Assembly: GCA_029939535.1 (NCBI GenBank)
Contig: JAOZST010000003.1
Span: forward strand, 1 to 52,860
Length of the DNA stretch: 52,860 nt
DNA from: Desulfobacteraceae bacterium
Lineage (GTDB): Bacteria > Desulfobacterota > Desulfobacteria > Desulfobacterales > Desulfobacteraceae
Direction: 5' to 3'
Shown here one piece after another: positions 18,837 through 28,777 of the stretch. Made by a program: the position numbers and the translations under genes. Within the stretch, counting starts at the first letter, position 1. Each line of letters begins with the position of its first letter. The notes under the pieces are model-generated. The model was not told the origin of the DNA, ran no database searches, and worked only from the letters and a program-made list of their open reading frames with translations.

Positions 18837-18993
18837 ATATAGAGATATCCAATCCCTGCTACACCTGTTACAGGTCCGATTTTGAAATTCATTTCCCTGC
18901 CTTGACAATTTTGTTTTTGCCACAATTATTATTAAAAAATAATTGTAATTGTAATGAAAAAAATTTGTAAACATAATTGAAACAGGAGTAAAA

Positions 18994-20916
18994 ATGGGAA
19001 CCAAAAAGACACGTAAATTTAAAACCGAAGTGCAGCAGCTGCTGCACCTGATTATTCATTCCTTGTATTCCAACAAGGAAATTTTTTTGCGGGAGCTGAT
19101 ATCCAATGCCTCGGATGCCATTGACAAGGCAAGATTCAAGGAACAGATCGAGCCTGCACTCTTCAGCGATGATACAGATTACCATATCCGTATTGCCACA
19201 GATCCGGAAGCAAAAACCATTACCATTTCCGACAACGGCATCGGCATGACCTTTGACGAGGTAAATGACAACATCGGTACCATTGCCCAGTCAGGAACAG
19301 CAGCCTTTATGGAGGCCCTGGAAAAATCCAAAAACGAGACTGCATTGTCACCTGAACTCATTGGCCAGTTTGGTGTGGGCTTTTATTCTGCCTTTATTGT
19401 GGCTGATAAGGTCTGCCTGGATACCAGGGCAGCTGGAGAAGAAAAGGGCGTCCGCTGGGAATCCGACGGCAAGGGTTCCTATACGGTCCAGGAAATTGAA
19501 AAAGAGAACCGTGGAACAAGCATTGTCCTTTATTTAAAAGATCCGGAAGAGGGGGACCAGAATTTTACAGAAGACTATACCATCCAGAACATTGTTAAAA
19601 AGCATTCCGACTTTGTGACCTATCCTGTGATCATGAATCTTGAAAAAAGTGAGCCTATTCCGGAAAACGAGATTATCAAGGATTCAGATGGGAAACCCAT
19701 TGGAGATACCTTTAAAAAGGTAAGAAAAGACGAGACCCTCAACTCCATGAAAGCAATCTGGGCCAAAGACAAGGAAGATGTTACCCAGGAAGAGCATGAA
19801 GAGTTCTATAAACATATCAGCCATAACTGGGACAAGCCCTTTCAGACTATCCATAAGAAATTTGAAGGGGTGACTGAATATGATGTTTTGATGTACCTTC
19901 CTTCCACTGCTCCCATGGATCTTTTCCGGCCGGAAAGAAAACACGGGATGCAGCTGTATTGCAAACGGGTTTTTATCATGGATGACTGCAAGGAGCTTTT
20001 GCCGGAATACCTGGGCTTTGTCCAGGGCGTTGTTGATGCACCGGACCTGAATCTCAATGTGAGCCGTGAAATTCTCCAGGAAGACCGGCTGGTGAGGAAT
20101 ATCAAGCGAAATCTGGTCAAACAGATTTTTTCTGTCCTGGAGGGACTGGAAAAAGAAAAATATGAAGAGTTCTACAAGGAGTTTGGTCAGGCCCTGAAAG
20201 CCGGTATTCCCACAGATTTTCAGAACAAGGAAAGGCTGGCTTCCCTGCTCCGGTACAAGACCACCAAGTCCGGCGACAACTATGTGTCCCTGGATGAATA
20301 CATTGAGAACATGAAGGAAGACCAGAAAGAGATTTATTATCTTACCGGAGAAAGTCTCACTTCCCTTATGAATTCTCCCTTGCTGGAATCATTAAAAGCC
20401 CGGGATTACGAAGTCCTGCTCATGGTTGATCCCATTGATGAGTGGGTAACCCAGTCCCTTATGGATTACAAGGAAAAGAAGTTAAAAAGTGCAGAAAAGG
20501 GTGACCTGGACCTGGACAAGGTGGATGATGAAAAGAAAAATGAATATTCCGCTCTTCTCTCCTTTCTTAAGGGTAAGCTGGAAGCAAAGGTAAAGGATGT
20601 TGTTGTTTCTGACCGTCTCAAGGATTCTGTTTCCTGCCTGTCCGGAGATGATTATGGCATGAGCGCCTACATGGAAAAGATCATGAAAGCCTCGGGCCAG
20701 AAAACACCTGACCAGAAAAGGGTGATGGAGGTTAATGTCAACCATCCGGTCATGGAAAAAATCAAAGGACTTTTTGAGGGCGACACAACCAATCCGGTTC
20801 TTACGGATTATTCTGATCTGCTTTTTGATATTGCAGTGATCAGCGAAGGTGGCAAACTGGATAATCCAGCCAGGTTTTCATCGCTTCTGGGTGACCTCAT
20901 GGCTAAGGCCATATGA
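18994..20916 (+). CDS. htpG: Molecular chaperone HtpG (Hsp90)
   Basis: 640 aa. N-terminal [34 protein letters not shown] and [11 protein letters not shown] motifs. Confidence 0.95.
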   Translation: MGTKKTRKFKTEVQQLLHLIIHSLYSNKEIFLRELISNASDAIDKARFKEQIEPALFSDDTDYHIRIATDPEAKTITISDNGIGMTFDEVNDNIGTIAQSGTAAFMEALEKSKNETALSPELIGQFGVGFYSAFIVADKVCLDTRAAGEEKGVRWESDGKGSYTVQEIEKENRGTSIVLYLKDPEEGDQNFTEDYTIQNIVKKHSDFVTYPVIMNLEKSEPIPENEIIKDSDGKPIGDTFKKVRKDETLNSMKAIWAKDKEDVTQEEHEEFYKHISHNWDKPFQTIHKKFEGVTEYDVLMYLPSTAPMDLFRPERKHGMQLYCKRVFIMDDCKELLPEYLGFVQGVVDAPDLNLNVSREILQEDRLVRNIKRNLVKQIFSVLEGLEKEKYEEFYKEFGQALKAGIPTDFQNKERLASLLRYKTTKSGDNYVSLDEYIENMKEDQKEIYYLTGESLTSLMNSPLLESLKARDYEVLLMVDPIDEWVTQSLMDYKEKKLKSAEKGDLDLDKVDDEKKNEYSALLSFLKGKLEAKVKDVVVSDRLKDSVSCLSGDDYGMSAYMEKIMKASGQKTPDQKRVMEVNVNHPVMEKIKGLFEGDTTNPVLTDYSDLLFDIAVISEGGKLDNPARFSSLLGDLMAKAI

Positions 20917-22337
20917 TCATCTTTCTTGAAAGTCTCGGGTGTTCCCGCAACCAGGTGGACAGCGAAATCATGCTGGGAAAGCTTGTGGCAGCAGGACACC
21001 AGAGGACAGATGACCCGGGCCTGGCCCAGGTTATTATTGTCAATACCTGTGGATTTATATCAACTGCCTCTGAAGAGGCAGTTGATGTGATCCTGGAAAT
21101 GGTGGAATTTAAGAAATCCAAGTCCTGCCAAAAGCTCATAGCTACCGGGTGCCTGGCCCAGCGCTACAAGGATGATCCCAATCTTCTTGCAAGCCTGCCA
21201 GAGGTGGATGCCTTTCTGGGCACTGCTGCCTGTGAGCAGATTGTGGATGTGGTGGAAGGCAGGCAGACCACCCCCCTGACTCTATTTCCCGACCCCAGCC
21301 AGCGCAGGTTCCAGGATCCGCGCACTGACCGGGAGCTTATCTCCCGGGGATATGCCTTTATCAAGGTCTCTGAAGGATGCAACCGTCACTGCACATATTG
21401 CATTATACCGGAACTGCGGGGCATCCAGCGGTCCAGGCCGGTTGAAGATATCTGCGCCGAAGCCTCTTCCCTGGTGGCAAAGGGGGTGAAGGAAATCATC
21501 CTCACAGCAGAAAACACCACGGATTACGGACAGGATCTGGTGGGTAAAACTGATTTAGCCAGTTGTGGATCAGGGCAGATTAAATCTGACCAAATTAAAC
21601 CAGACCAAATTGAGTCTAACGGGATTGGATTTGACGGGGTACTCTCTTCCCTGTCAGACACCCTTGCAGACCAGGATGAAAATGTCTGGATCAGGTTTTT
21701 ATACACCCATCCCAAAACCCTGGGGTCTGAGGTTATTAAAATAGTCCAAAGTAATCGCAATCTTTGTTCCTATTATGATGTTCCCATTCAGCATGCCGCC
21801 TCCACCATGCTCAAACGCATGGGCCGGCCCTATTCCCGAAAAGACCTTGTTGAACTATTTGAACTGATTCGAAAACTGGATCCCAAGGCCAGCCTCCGTA
21901 CCACCCTGATTGTGGGGTTTCCAGGTGAAACAGAAGAGGAGTTTCAGACCCTTTTGGATTTTATTAAGGAGGTCCGGTTTGATCATCTGGGGGTATTTAT
22001 TTATTCGGATTCCGAGGACCTAAAATCCCACGGCTTAAAAAATCATGTGCCAAAAGAGCTGGCTGAACAGCGCCACGATATTCTCATGTCAGCCCAGGCA
22101 AAAATTTCCCAGGAACTCAATGAAAGGCATGTGGGCGAAATCTATCCAGTGCTGGTGGAAGAAAGTCCTGAACCGGGTGTATATATCGGCAGGACAATGT
22201 TCCAGGCGCCCGAGGTGGATGGAATGACATTTATTTATTCCCAGGGCCTTGAAATCGGGACCCTTGAAATCGGGACCATGGTTCGTGTAAGAATAACAGA
22301 TGCATATGAATATGATATAGCCGGAGAAGTGGCATGA
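20913..22337 (+). CDS. rimO: Ribosomal protein S12 methylthiotransferase RimO (radical SAM MTTase with TRAM domain)
   Basis: MTTase N-domain Cys residues (LGCSRN, NTCGF, TGCLAQR), radical [12 protein letters not shown]-terminal TRAM. ATGA overlap with htpG. Confidence 0.85.
   Translation: MIIFLESLGCSRNQVDSEIMLGKLVAAGHQRTDDPGLAQVIIVNTCGFISTASEEAVDVILEMVEFKKSKSCQKLIATGCLAQRYKDDPNLLASLPEVDAFLGTAACEQIVDVVEGRQTTPLTLFPDPSQRRFQDPRTDRELISRGYAFIKVSEGCNRHCTYCIIPELRGIQRSRPVEDICAEASSLVAKGVKEIILTAENTTDYGQDLVGKTDLASCGSGQIKSDQIKPDQIESNGIGFDGVLSSLSDTLADQDENVWIRFLYTHPKTLGSEVIKIVQSNRNLCSYYDVPIQHAASTMLKRMGRPYSRKDLVELFELIRKLDPKASLRTTLIVGFPGETEEEFQTLLDFIKEVRFDHLGVFIYSDSEDLKSHGLKNHVPKELAEQRHDILMSAQAKISQELNERHVGEIYPVLVEESPEPGVYIGRTMFQAPEVDGMTFIYSQGLEIGTLEIGTMVRVRITDAYEYDIAGEVA
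21576..21620 (+). repeat. Three imperfect in-frame 15-bp tandem repeats inside rimO
   Basis: cagattaaatctgac / caaattaaaccagac / caaattgagtctaac, encoding [15 protein letters not shown]. Confidence 0.8.
22247..22276 (+). repeat. Perfect in-frame 15-bp tandem duplication inside the rimO TRAM region
   Basis: ccttgaaatcgggac occurs twice back to back, encoding [10 protein letters not shown]. Confidence 0.9.
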
Positions 22338-23320
22338 GTTCTGACATAAAATCACAAATTCTGGCTCTGGTCTCCCAGGATCTTGAACAGGTGGAAAAAG
22401 CCCTGGCTGAGAATCTGGATCCCAATTTGGAACTGGTCCGGGAGATCGCCTCCCACCTTTTGTTCAGCGGGGGAAAAAGACTGCGGCCTCTGCTCATGAT
22501 CCACAGCGCCAGGATGTGCGGGTATAGTTCCGGGTTTGAAATTTTGTTTTCCATAATTTTTGAATACCTCCATGCTGCAACCCTTCTCCATGACGATGTT
22601 GTGGATGAAGCTGATATGCGCCGGGGAAAAAAAACTGCCCATACCAAGTGGTCAGCTCCCAAGGTGGTGCTTACCGGGGATTTTCTTCTGGCCCGGGCCC
22701 TGGCCATTGCTGCCCAAACCCTGGAACCCAGAGTGATTTCTGTGATTGCAAATATTACCCAGGCAATGTCCCAGGGGGAAATTGACCAATTGGATAAAAA
22801 AGGCAGAAAAGACCTGTCTGAAGCAGAGTATCTCGAGATCATTGAACGGAAAACCGCTGTCCTGATCCAGGGCGCATGCCAGAGCGGGGCCATAATTGCC
22901 AAAGTGTCCCCTGAAAAGGAAAAGACCCTGGCATCCTATGGGTACCATCTGGGCATGGCTTTCCAGATGGCAGACGATCTTCTGGATTATACGGCAACGG
23001 CAGAAGAACTGGGGAAAAATCCAGGAGCAGATTATCGGGAAGGAAAACTGACCCTGCCCTTGATCTACAGTCTATCCAAAGCCAGCAGCAAAGACCGTGA
23101 AAGGATGCTTCAGGTAATTTCAGAACCTGTTTTTGACAAGGATCAGTTTGAAGAACTTAAAGAAAAACTTACAGACCTAGGGGGTATCTCCTATACCCTG
23201 GAACGGGCAGAATACCATGTGGAAAAGGCAAAGAGTCTGCTAGGGGTATTTGTTGATGGTTCGGATTCAAAATCATTGCTGCATCTTATTGCAGACTATT
23301 CAATCCAAAGAAAGGTATGA
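22334..23320 (+). CDS. Polyprenyl diphosphate synthase (IspB-like, long-chain trans-prenyltransferase)
   Basis: Both DDxxD motifs are present (LLHDDVVDEADMRRG and MADDLLD). 328 aa. ATGA overlap with rimO. Confidence 0.85.
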   Translation: MSSDIKSQILALVSQDLEQVEKALAENLDPNLELVREIASHLLFSGGKRLRPLLMIHSARMCGYSSGFEILFSIIFEYLHAATLLHDDVVDEADMRRGKKTAHTKWSAPKVVLTGDFLLARALAIAAQTLEPRVISVIANITQAMSQGEIDQLDKKGRKDLSEAEYLEIIERKTAVLIQGACQSGAIIAKVSPEKEKTLASYGYHLGMAFQMADDLLDYTATAEELGKNPGADYREGKLTLPLIYSLSKASSKDRERMLQVISEPVFDKDQFEELKEKLTDLGGISYTLERAEYHVEKAKSLLGVFVDGSDSKSLLHLIADYSIQRKV

Positions 23321-24567
23321 TCATGGGAATAAAAAGACAGATAGGTATCATCACCATTTTTCTAGGGCTGCTGCTTATGATGGAGACTTGCTTTGCCGCA
23401 GGGCCTGAAATGCTGACAGGTGTGACCACTGGCCGACAGAAAATTATTGATCAGGATATTCCCAGGGCAAAGCAGAAGGCTGTGGACCAGGCGCTGGAAA
23501 CAGCTGTTCAGAATGCTTTTGCAACCCTGATTTCCCGCCAGGTATTTGCAGCCAACCTGGAATTTTTATATGAAAAATTATTGCCCATGACTTCGGATTA
23601 TGTGACCACATACAGGGTTCTGGGGGGTATGAAGTATAAGGGAAATTACCTGGTGGGGGTTGAATCTAAGATCAACCTGGAGCTTCTTGAAAAACATTTG
23701 ACCGATGCCAGGATACTCAATGCAGGTACGGATAAACCTGTGATTCTTTTTTTGATTGCTGAACAAATGCCCGGAGACATCCTTCCCAGATATTGGTGGG
23801 GAAATAATCCAGAACCTTATGCTTCTATTTCAGAAACCATTATCCTGGAACAAATGTCCCAAAATCGGTTCCAATTTATTGGTATCGGTCCTGATCGGCC
23901 AGTCCCTTCTTTTTATAATATCAATTTTTCTTCCATCTATGATGCCAATGCTGCAATGGAGCTGGGCAGAGCCCTTAAGGCAGATATGGTGGTTCTGGGA
24001 AAAGCAAATGCAGCGGAATCCATTAATCGCATGGGGGATGAAAAAATTTTTGATGCTGTGATCGAGCTTAAGGGATATGATCTGGGATCTGGTAAAGAAG
24101 TGGTCCTCTCCTTGAGCAAGGGGAGCGCAAAAACCGATATGAATCAGGAAGGAGCAGCCGGTGCCATTACCAAAGCCGCAGATCTGGCAGCCCGGGATCT
24201 CATTCTGAAAATAGATGCTTTCTGGACCCAGAACCTTAGACGGGAAAGCCTGTTTGATGTTGCCATTGAAGGAGATAAATTTCTATCCAGGTTTATTGCC
24301 CTGAAAAAAAGGTTTAAGGAGATCAGGGATATTGAAAATATTCAGCCCAAGGAAATAGGCTCCTCCAGCGCAGTCATGGAGATTGTGTTTAAGGGAAACC
24401 CTGAACAATTTGCCCATGCCCTGATGCTCAAGACCTTTGACGGATTTGGTATCGAAATTGCAGATGTGACGGACCAGATGATTAAAATCCATTTTATTGA
24501 AAAAAGGGATAACATGCTCCAGGCGGATGACATTGGGGCTGGAGAGGGGAAAAAAATAAAAGAGTAA
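23317..24567 (+). CDS. Hypothetical secreted protein/lipoprotein
   Basis: 416-aa ORF with an N-terminal signal peptide (IGIITIFLGLLLMMETCFAAGP). The start overlaps the upstream stop. No confident family assignment. Confidence 0.6.
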   Translation: MIMGIKRQIGIITIFLGLLLMMETCFAAGPEMLTGVTTGRQKIIDQDIPRAKQKAVDQALETAVQNAFATLISRQVFAANLEFLYEKLLPMTSDYVTTYRVLGGMKYKGNYLVGVESKINLELLEKHLTDARILNAGTDKPVILFLIAEQMPGDILPRYWWGNNPEPYASISETIILEQMSQNRFQFIGIGPDRPVPSFYNINFSSIYDANAAMELGRALKADMVVLGKANAAESINRMGDEKIFDAVIELKGYDLGSGKEVVLSLSKGSAKTDMNQEGAAGAITKAADLAARDLILKIDAFWTQNLRRESLFDVAIEGDKFLSRFIALKKRFKEIRDIENIQPKEIGSSSAVMEIVFKGNPEQFAHALMLKTFDGFGIEIADVTDQMIKIHFIEKRDNMLQADDIGAGEGKKIKE

Positions 24568-24623
24568 GCATTAGTTTTTCTTGACACAAAAGGCTGGATT
24601 TGATAAAAATATCAAAATAATAA

Positions 24624-24699
24624 AGGCGCGTAACTCAGTTGGTAGAGTGCTACCTCGACACGGTAGAAGTCAGCAGTTCAAGTCTGCTCGTGCCTACCA
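24624..24699 (+). tRNA. tRNA, anticodon GAC by position (Val), encoded CCA; atypical C33 and A1-U72
   Basis: Manual cloverleaf. Acceptor AGGCGCG/CGTGCCT (one G-U pair). D arm ACTC-AGTTGGTA-GAGT. Anticodon arm CTACC-TCGACAC-GGTAG. Variable loop AAGTC. T arm AGCAG-TTCAAGT-CTGCT. Discriminator A plus CCA. 76 nt. Confidence 0.8.
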
Positions 24700-24707
24700 T
24701 AAAAATC

Positions 24708-24736
24708 AAGGGTTTAGGGAATTTTCTCTAAACCTT
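24708..24736 (+). terminator. Possible hairpin terminator after the tRNA
   Basis: aaggGtttag ... ctaaacctt is a 9-bp stem with one bulged G and a 10-nt loop. It is followed by tgttgatgtatt, which is only weakly T-rich. Confidence 0.3.
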
Positions 24737-24997
24737 TGTTGATGTATTATGGTTTAAAAAAATTGTCTTGTTCTCGTTATTCAAAAAAATTATTTGCTGG
24801 AATATTCCTCCATTGTTGAATCGATAGCATGGATCTTAGTTCCTAAAAAAGAATGCAAGGAGGATTGGTTTAATCTGATATCTCTGGTAACCATCTCTTC
24901 AATAAGATGTTGTCGGTATGCTTTTAAGAAGTGAATTTTCCTCTTTGCATCATAACTGATACCCGCCAGTATTTTAAATTCAGAATCGTCAAGCTGG

Positions 24998-25747
24998 TTA
25001 AACTTTAACCAGGTTTTCGATTTCCTGGAATCGTTTTTCTAAATCCTTTGATTTTTCCATATTTTTTTGCTCTTTCAGTTTTTCCATGATTGAATCAAAG
25101 GCCTTCTTAAGGCCGGGTAATACCTCCTTTTTAAAGGCTTCCTTTTGTTCTGTTGAAAATTTTGAAATTTGATTGACCAGCTCATCCATTTTTTTATAAA
25201 AAGCCTCGGTGTTAAAATTGTCTATGTATTTTTCAAGTTGATCCATAAGCTCTTTGTTCTGTTGTTTAAACCTGGCCATGGCGTTTTTTAACTCTTCCCC
25301 TGCAATGGAAAGCTGATACTCTATAAAGGTAATTCCTTTTACTGAAGATCCTGATTTCAAAGGTTTTGTATCCGATGTTTCTAAAGAAGAGACAGCAACA
25401 ATGTATGGGTTTGAATCTTTAGAAAAAATATTGTTCATCAAAACAAATTGTGTGGTCTCATATATTTTTCCTTTATGCTTTTTATCAATACCGATTTCAA
25501 CTTTTGACATTTGAGACTCAGCCAAAGATATTTTTTTTACAGTCCCTATTAAGACTTTCTGACCTTTTGGGTTTTCTGCCAGATATACCTTGCTGCCTTG
25601 GACTAAATCTCTATGATTGGTATAGACCACATCAATCACCAGGTCTTTTTGAAACAATAACATGATGTTGGACAGGGGATTTGCGGAACAAAGGGTAGCA
25701 ACACCCAAAATAATAATAATCAATAGTATTTTTAAATAATTTTTCAT
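24998..25747 (-). CDS. Hypothetical secreted protein with MlaD/MCE-like beta-barrel segment and coiled-coil C-terminus
   Basis: Signal/TM segment MKNYLKILLIIIILGVATLCSA. VYTNHRDLVQGSKVYLAENPKGQKVLIGTVKKISL resembles the MCE core. The C-terminal half is K/E-rich and helical. Start preferred at 25747. Confidence 0.45.
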   Translation of the reverse strand: MKNYLKILLIIIILGVATLCSANPLSNIMLLFQKDLVIDVVYTNHRDLVQGSKVYLAENPKGQKVLIGTVKKISLAESQMSKVEIGIDKKHKGKIYETTQFVLMNNIFSKDSNPYIVAVSSLETSDTKPLKSGSSVKGITFIEYQLSIAGEELKNAMARFKQQNKELMDQLEKYIDNFNTEAFYKKMDELVNQISKFSTEQKEAFKKEVLPGLKKAFDSIMEKLKEQKNMEKSKDLEKRFQEIENLVKV

Positions 25748-25858
25748 TATGCTCTCCTTAGATTTTATTTCTGAGTTTTCAAATATCATTGTTCCTTTGT
25801 CTTTCATACACTAGTATTAATTTATGGGGCAATTGAATTTGCGGTCCTAATACGCTGA

Positions 25859-26623
25859 TCATGGATTTTCTGCCAGTTTCTGATTGATTTCCAAGGCAGC
25901 GGCCTTGGTCTGTTTGATAATGGTCGGAATGAGTTTGTCATCCATTCCTGCTGTAAAGCCCACCACCCAGATGGCAGGGTAATAGGCTCCCTGGGGCTGG
26001 ATGGGAGCAGCCACAGCCCTGACCCCGGATATATATTCTTCATCATCAAAGGCAACTCCTGTGCTTCTGACGGTTTCAAGGGCTTTGAAATAGATATCCT
26101 GATCAATAATGGTGTTGGGGGTGAATCGGGTCAGGCCTTTTGACCTGATATATTTTTTGGATTCTCTGGGTGCCATTCCTGATAAAAATATTTTTCCTAC
26201 GGCACCGGCCAAAAGGGGCAGAGAGGTGCCGATGGGGGAGGTTATTTTAAAATCTTTTCTTGATTCCACCAGGTCGATAACTGTTACCGTATCTCTGTTA
26301 CGGACTCCCAGAAATACAGATTCCCGGCATTGCTCCATAAGCCGTTCCATGGCAGGGCGGGCAGCCTTTTTAAAATCCATTTTTTCATAGGCAGCCTTAC
26401 CCAATTCCATTAAGGTGGCACCAATGGTATATCGCTTGGAATCAAGGTTTCGGATAATGGCGCCCTGGTCTTCCAGGGCAGCGGCAATACCATGGACAGT
26501 GCTTTTGCTAATATCCAAGCGGGTAGATATTTCACTTATCCGCAATCCATTACCGGCAGTTGATATGGCCCTGAGGATGAGAAATGCTTTTTTAACAATG
26601 GGGGCCTGGTATTTTGTTGTCAT
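25859..26623 (-). CDS. IclR family transcriptional regulator
   Basis: 254 aa. N-terminal wHTH (VKKAFLILRAISTAGNGLRISEISTRLDISKSTVHGIAAAL) plus an IclR-type effector domain of the right length. Confidence 0.85.
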   Translation of the reverse strand: MTTKYQAPIVKKAFLILRAISTAGNGLRISEISTRLDISKSTVHGIAAALEDQGAIIRNLDSKRYTIGATLMELGKAAYEKMDFKKAARPAMERLMEQCRESVFLGVRNRDTVTVIDLVESRKDFKITSPIGTSLPLLAGAVGKIFLSGMAPRESKKYIRSKGLTRFTPNTIIDQDIYFKALETVRSTGVAFDDEEYISGVRAVAAPIQPQGAYYPAIWVVGFTAGMDDKLIPTIIKQTKAAALEINQKLAENP

Positions 26624-26804
26624 TATTCACCATGATGAATTTTAATAATAGATTTTAAAAAAATTGAAAATCCATAGTTAATCTCAAAATATAGCTGAGC
26701 TTTAGTTTAGCATATATATTGTTTGGATTCTATTTACAATCTGTGGTAGGGGTTGTTCCATATTTTAATTTTTTTGATTTATAATTAAAGATGAAGTTTT
26801 TTAT

Positions 26805-27722
26805 ATGAATATTATATCAACAATATTACCGGTCTTTATTATCATTGTTCTAGGTTTATTTGCAAAAAAGAGGGGATTTATTTCCCAGGAGTTTCTGGAT
26901 GAAGCCAACCGCCTGGTTTATTATATTGCCATTCCAGCCATGATTTTCAGCTCCATTGCAAAATCCTCCTTAAAAACCCAGATGAATCCCCAAGTAATTA
27001 TCATCACATTGGTTTCAGTGGTCGTAATTGCTGCCATTTCCTGGGGTACAACTCATTTTTTAAACATGGCAAGGCCTTTAAAAGGAAGTTTTATTCAATG
27101 CTCATTCCATGGTAATCTCGGCTATATCGGTCTTGCGGTTGCCTTTTATTACCTTGGGAATGCAGGATTTGTAAAAGCTGCTATTATTGCAGGCTTTGTA
27201 ATGATATTACAAAATATAATGGCAATAATTATCTTGCAATATCACAGCAGTAAAAACACAGGCCATTCAAGTTTATTTTCCACCATTAAAAAAACCATGG
27301 CCAATCCTGTGATATTGTCAGCCCTGGCAGGCATCTCTTTCTCTTTACTCAATGTAACAACACCCCTGATTATTGACAGGGCCCTGGAAATTTTACAGGG
27401 TATGGCCCTGCCCCTGGCCCTGCTGGTTATTGGGGCCTCTCTTTCTTTTGAAAAATTAAAGCCGAGATTTTTACATGTTTTATTATCCAGTTTTTTAAAG
27501 TTGATTATTATCCCTGCCATTGGGTTACTATTGTTTAAGATTTTTTCTATTCCTTCCGTTGACTATCTTCCAGGGTTAATCATCCTCGCATCACCCAGCG
27601 CAACCCTTACCTATATTATGGCAAAACAGATCGGGGGTGATCCTGACTTTGCAGTGGCAGCCATATCCATCTGCACCATTCTTTCAGGCTTGACCTATGG
27701 GTTTTGGCTGAGTCTCGGGTAA
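26805..27722 (+). CDS. AEC (auxin efflux carrier) family transporter
   Basis: 305 aa, about 10 TM helices, N-terminus ILPVFIIIVLGLFAKKRGFIS typical of the family. Divergent from the IclR gene. Confidence 0.85.
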   Translation: MNIISTILPVFIIIVLGLFAKKRGFISQEFLDEANRLVYYIAIPAMIFSSIAKSSLKTQMNPQVIIITLVSVVVIAAISWGTTHFLNMARPLKGSFIQCSFHGNLGYIGLAVAFYYLGNAGFVKAAIIAGFVMILQNIMAIIILQYHSSKNTGHSSLFSTIKKTMANPVILSALAGISFSLLNVTTPLIIDRALEILQGMALPLALLVIGASLSFEKLKPRFLHVLLSSFLKLIIIPAIGLLLFKIFSIPSVDYLPGLIILASPSATLTYIMAKQIGGDPDFAVAAISICTILSGLTYGFWLSLG

Positions 27723-27839
27723 TGATAGCTATACCAGAGGTATTAAAATTGAAATATTTTTAGCTAAAACATCACCCATATGGTATGGTTGTTCTATTGC
27801 TATAATCAGGGAAATATAATTTAATCAGGAGAAATAACA

Positions 27840-28760
27840 GTGAGATATGGATTGGTTGTTCTGCTTTTCTTTTTATTATTTCCCGGGTGTGGAGATAATG
27901 AACCTGTAGTTAAGGTAGACCTGAATAAAAAGGAACAGATTATACTTAAAGAGGAACCTGGTATGATCACCTATGCCTATCTTCCCCAATATTCCCATTC
28001 TGTTTCCCACACCCGCCATCATTCTTTGATTCAGTATCTGCGAAAACAAACAGGGTTGAATATCAAACAGATATTTCCAGACACATTTGATCAGCACATG
28101 GAAATGGTGGGGCAAAAAAAAATTGATATCTCTTTTTCCAATCCATGTATTTATATAAAAATTTCCTATCGATATGGAGCAAAGGCTTTTTCAAGGATTG
28201 TGGAAATGACTGGTAAAGATAAATTCAGGGGGCAGATTATTTCCAGGGCAGATAATTTATCCATTCAGACCTTGGAGGATTGCCGCAGCAAAAGATGGAT
28301 TGCCGTGGATTCAACTTCGGCAGGAGGATACTTATTCCCCCTGGGTCATTTCATTGACCATGGCATTACAAAAAAAGATTTCAAGGAGATTGCCTTTGCA
28401 CCGGGCCCTGGTGGAAAGCAGGAAAAGGTTGTTCTTTCCGTTTATGCCGGGAAATATGATATCGGCACAATCAGGGAGGGCACCCTGGATGTTGTGGCAG
28501 GTAAAATTGATATCAATAAAATAAAAGTTGTTTCAATGACTGATCCCTATCCAGGCTGGGTGTATGCTGCCAGAAAAAACCTGGACAAAAAGATTGTGGA
28601 AAAATTAAAACAGGCCTTTGGAAAACTTGATTTCAATAATAAAGATCATCGTGAAATATTAGAAGCTGCTAATTTTATTAAGGTGATAGATTCTTGTGAT
28701 TCAGATTTCGATTCTGTGCGGAAATTGGCTGCCAGGGTGGGCATGACTCTGGGAGAATAG
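27840..28760 (+). CDS. PhnD-like periplasmic substrate-binding protein (GTG start, lipoprotein-like signal)
   Basis: 306 aa. Signal ending LFPGCG. Motifs YLPQYS..., GKYDIGTIREG and DPYPGWVYAARKNLD resemble the PhnD/ABC phosphonate-type SBP fold. Directly precedes a histidine kinase. Confidence 0.75.
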   Translation: MRYGLVVLLFFLLFPGCGDNEPVVKVDLNKKEQIILKEEPGMITYAYLPQYSHSVSHTRHHSLIQYLRKQTGLNIKQIFPDTFDQHMEMVGQKKIDISFSNPCIYIKISYRYGAKAFSRIVEMTGKDKFRGQIISRADNLSIQTLEDCRSKRWIAVDSTSAGGYLFPLGHFIDHGITKKDFKEIAFAPGPGGKQEKVVLSVYAGKYDIGTIREGTLDVVAGKIDINKIKVVSMTDPYPGWVYAARKNLDKKIVEKLKQAFGKLDFNNKDHREILEAANFIKVIDSCDSDFDSVRKLAARVGMTLGE

Positions 28761-28777
28761 GGGGAATGACGGAATAA

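Noticed and set aside
24741-24997. A 78-codon open frame on the minus strand next to the tRNA (…QLDDSEFKILAGISYDAKRKIHFLKAYRQHLIEEMVTRDIRLNQSSLHSFLGTKIHAIDSTMEEYSSK), considered as a remnant of an integrated element.
   Set aside because: There is no start codon before the internal Met. I can name no recognisable family, no integrase or recombinase is nearby, and I found no direct repeat of the tRNA 3' end. I cannot support a feature call.
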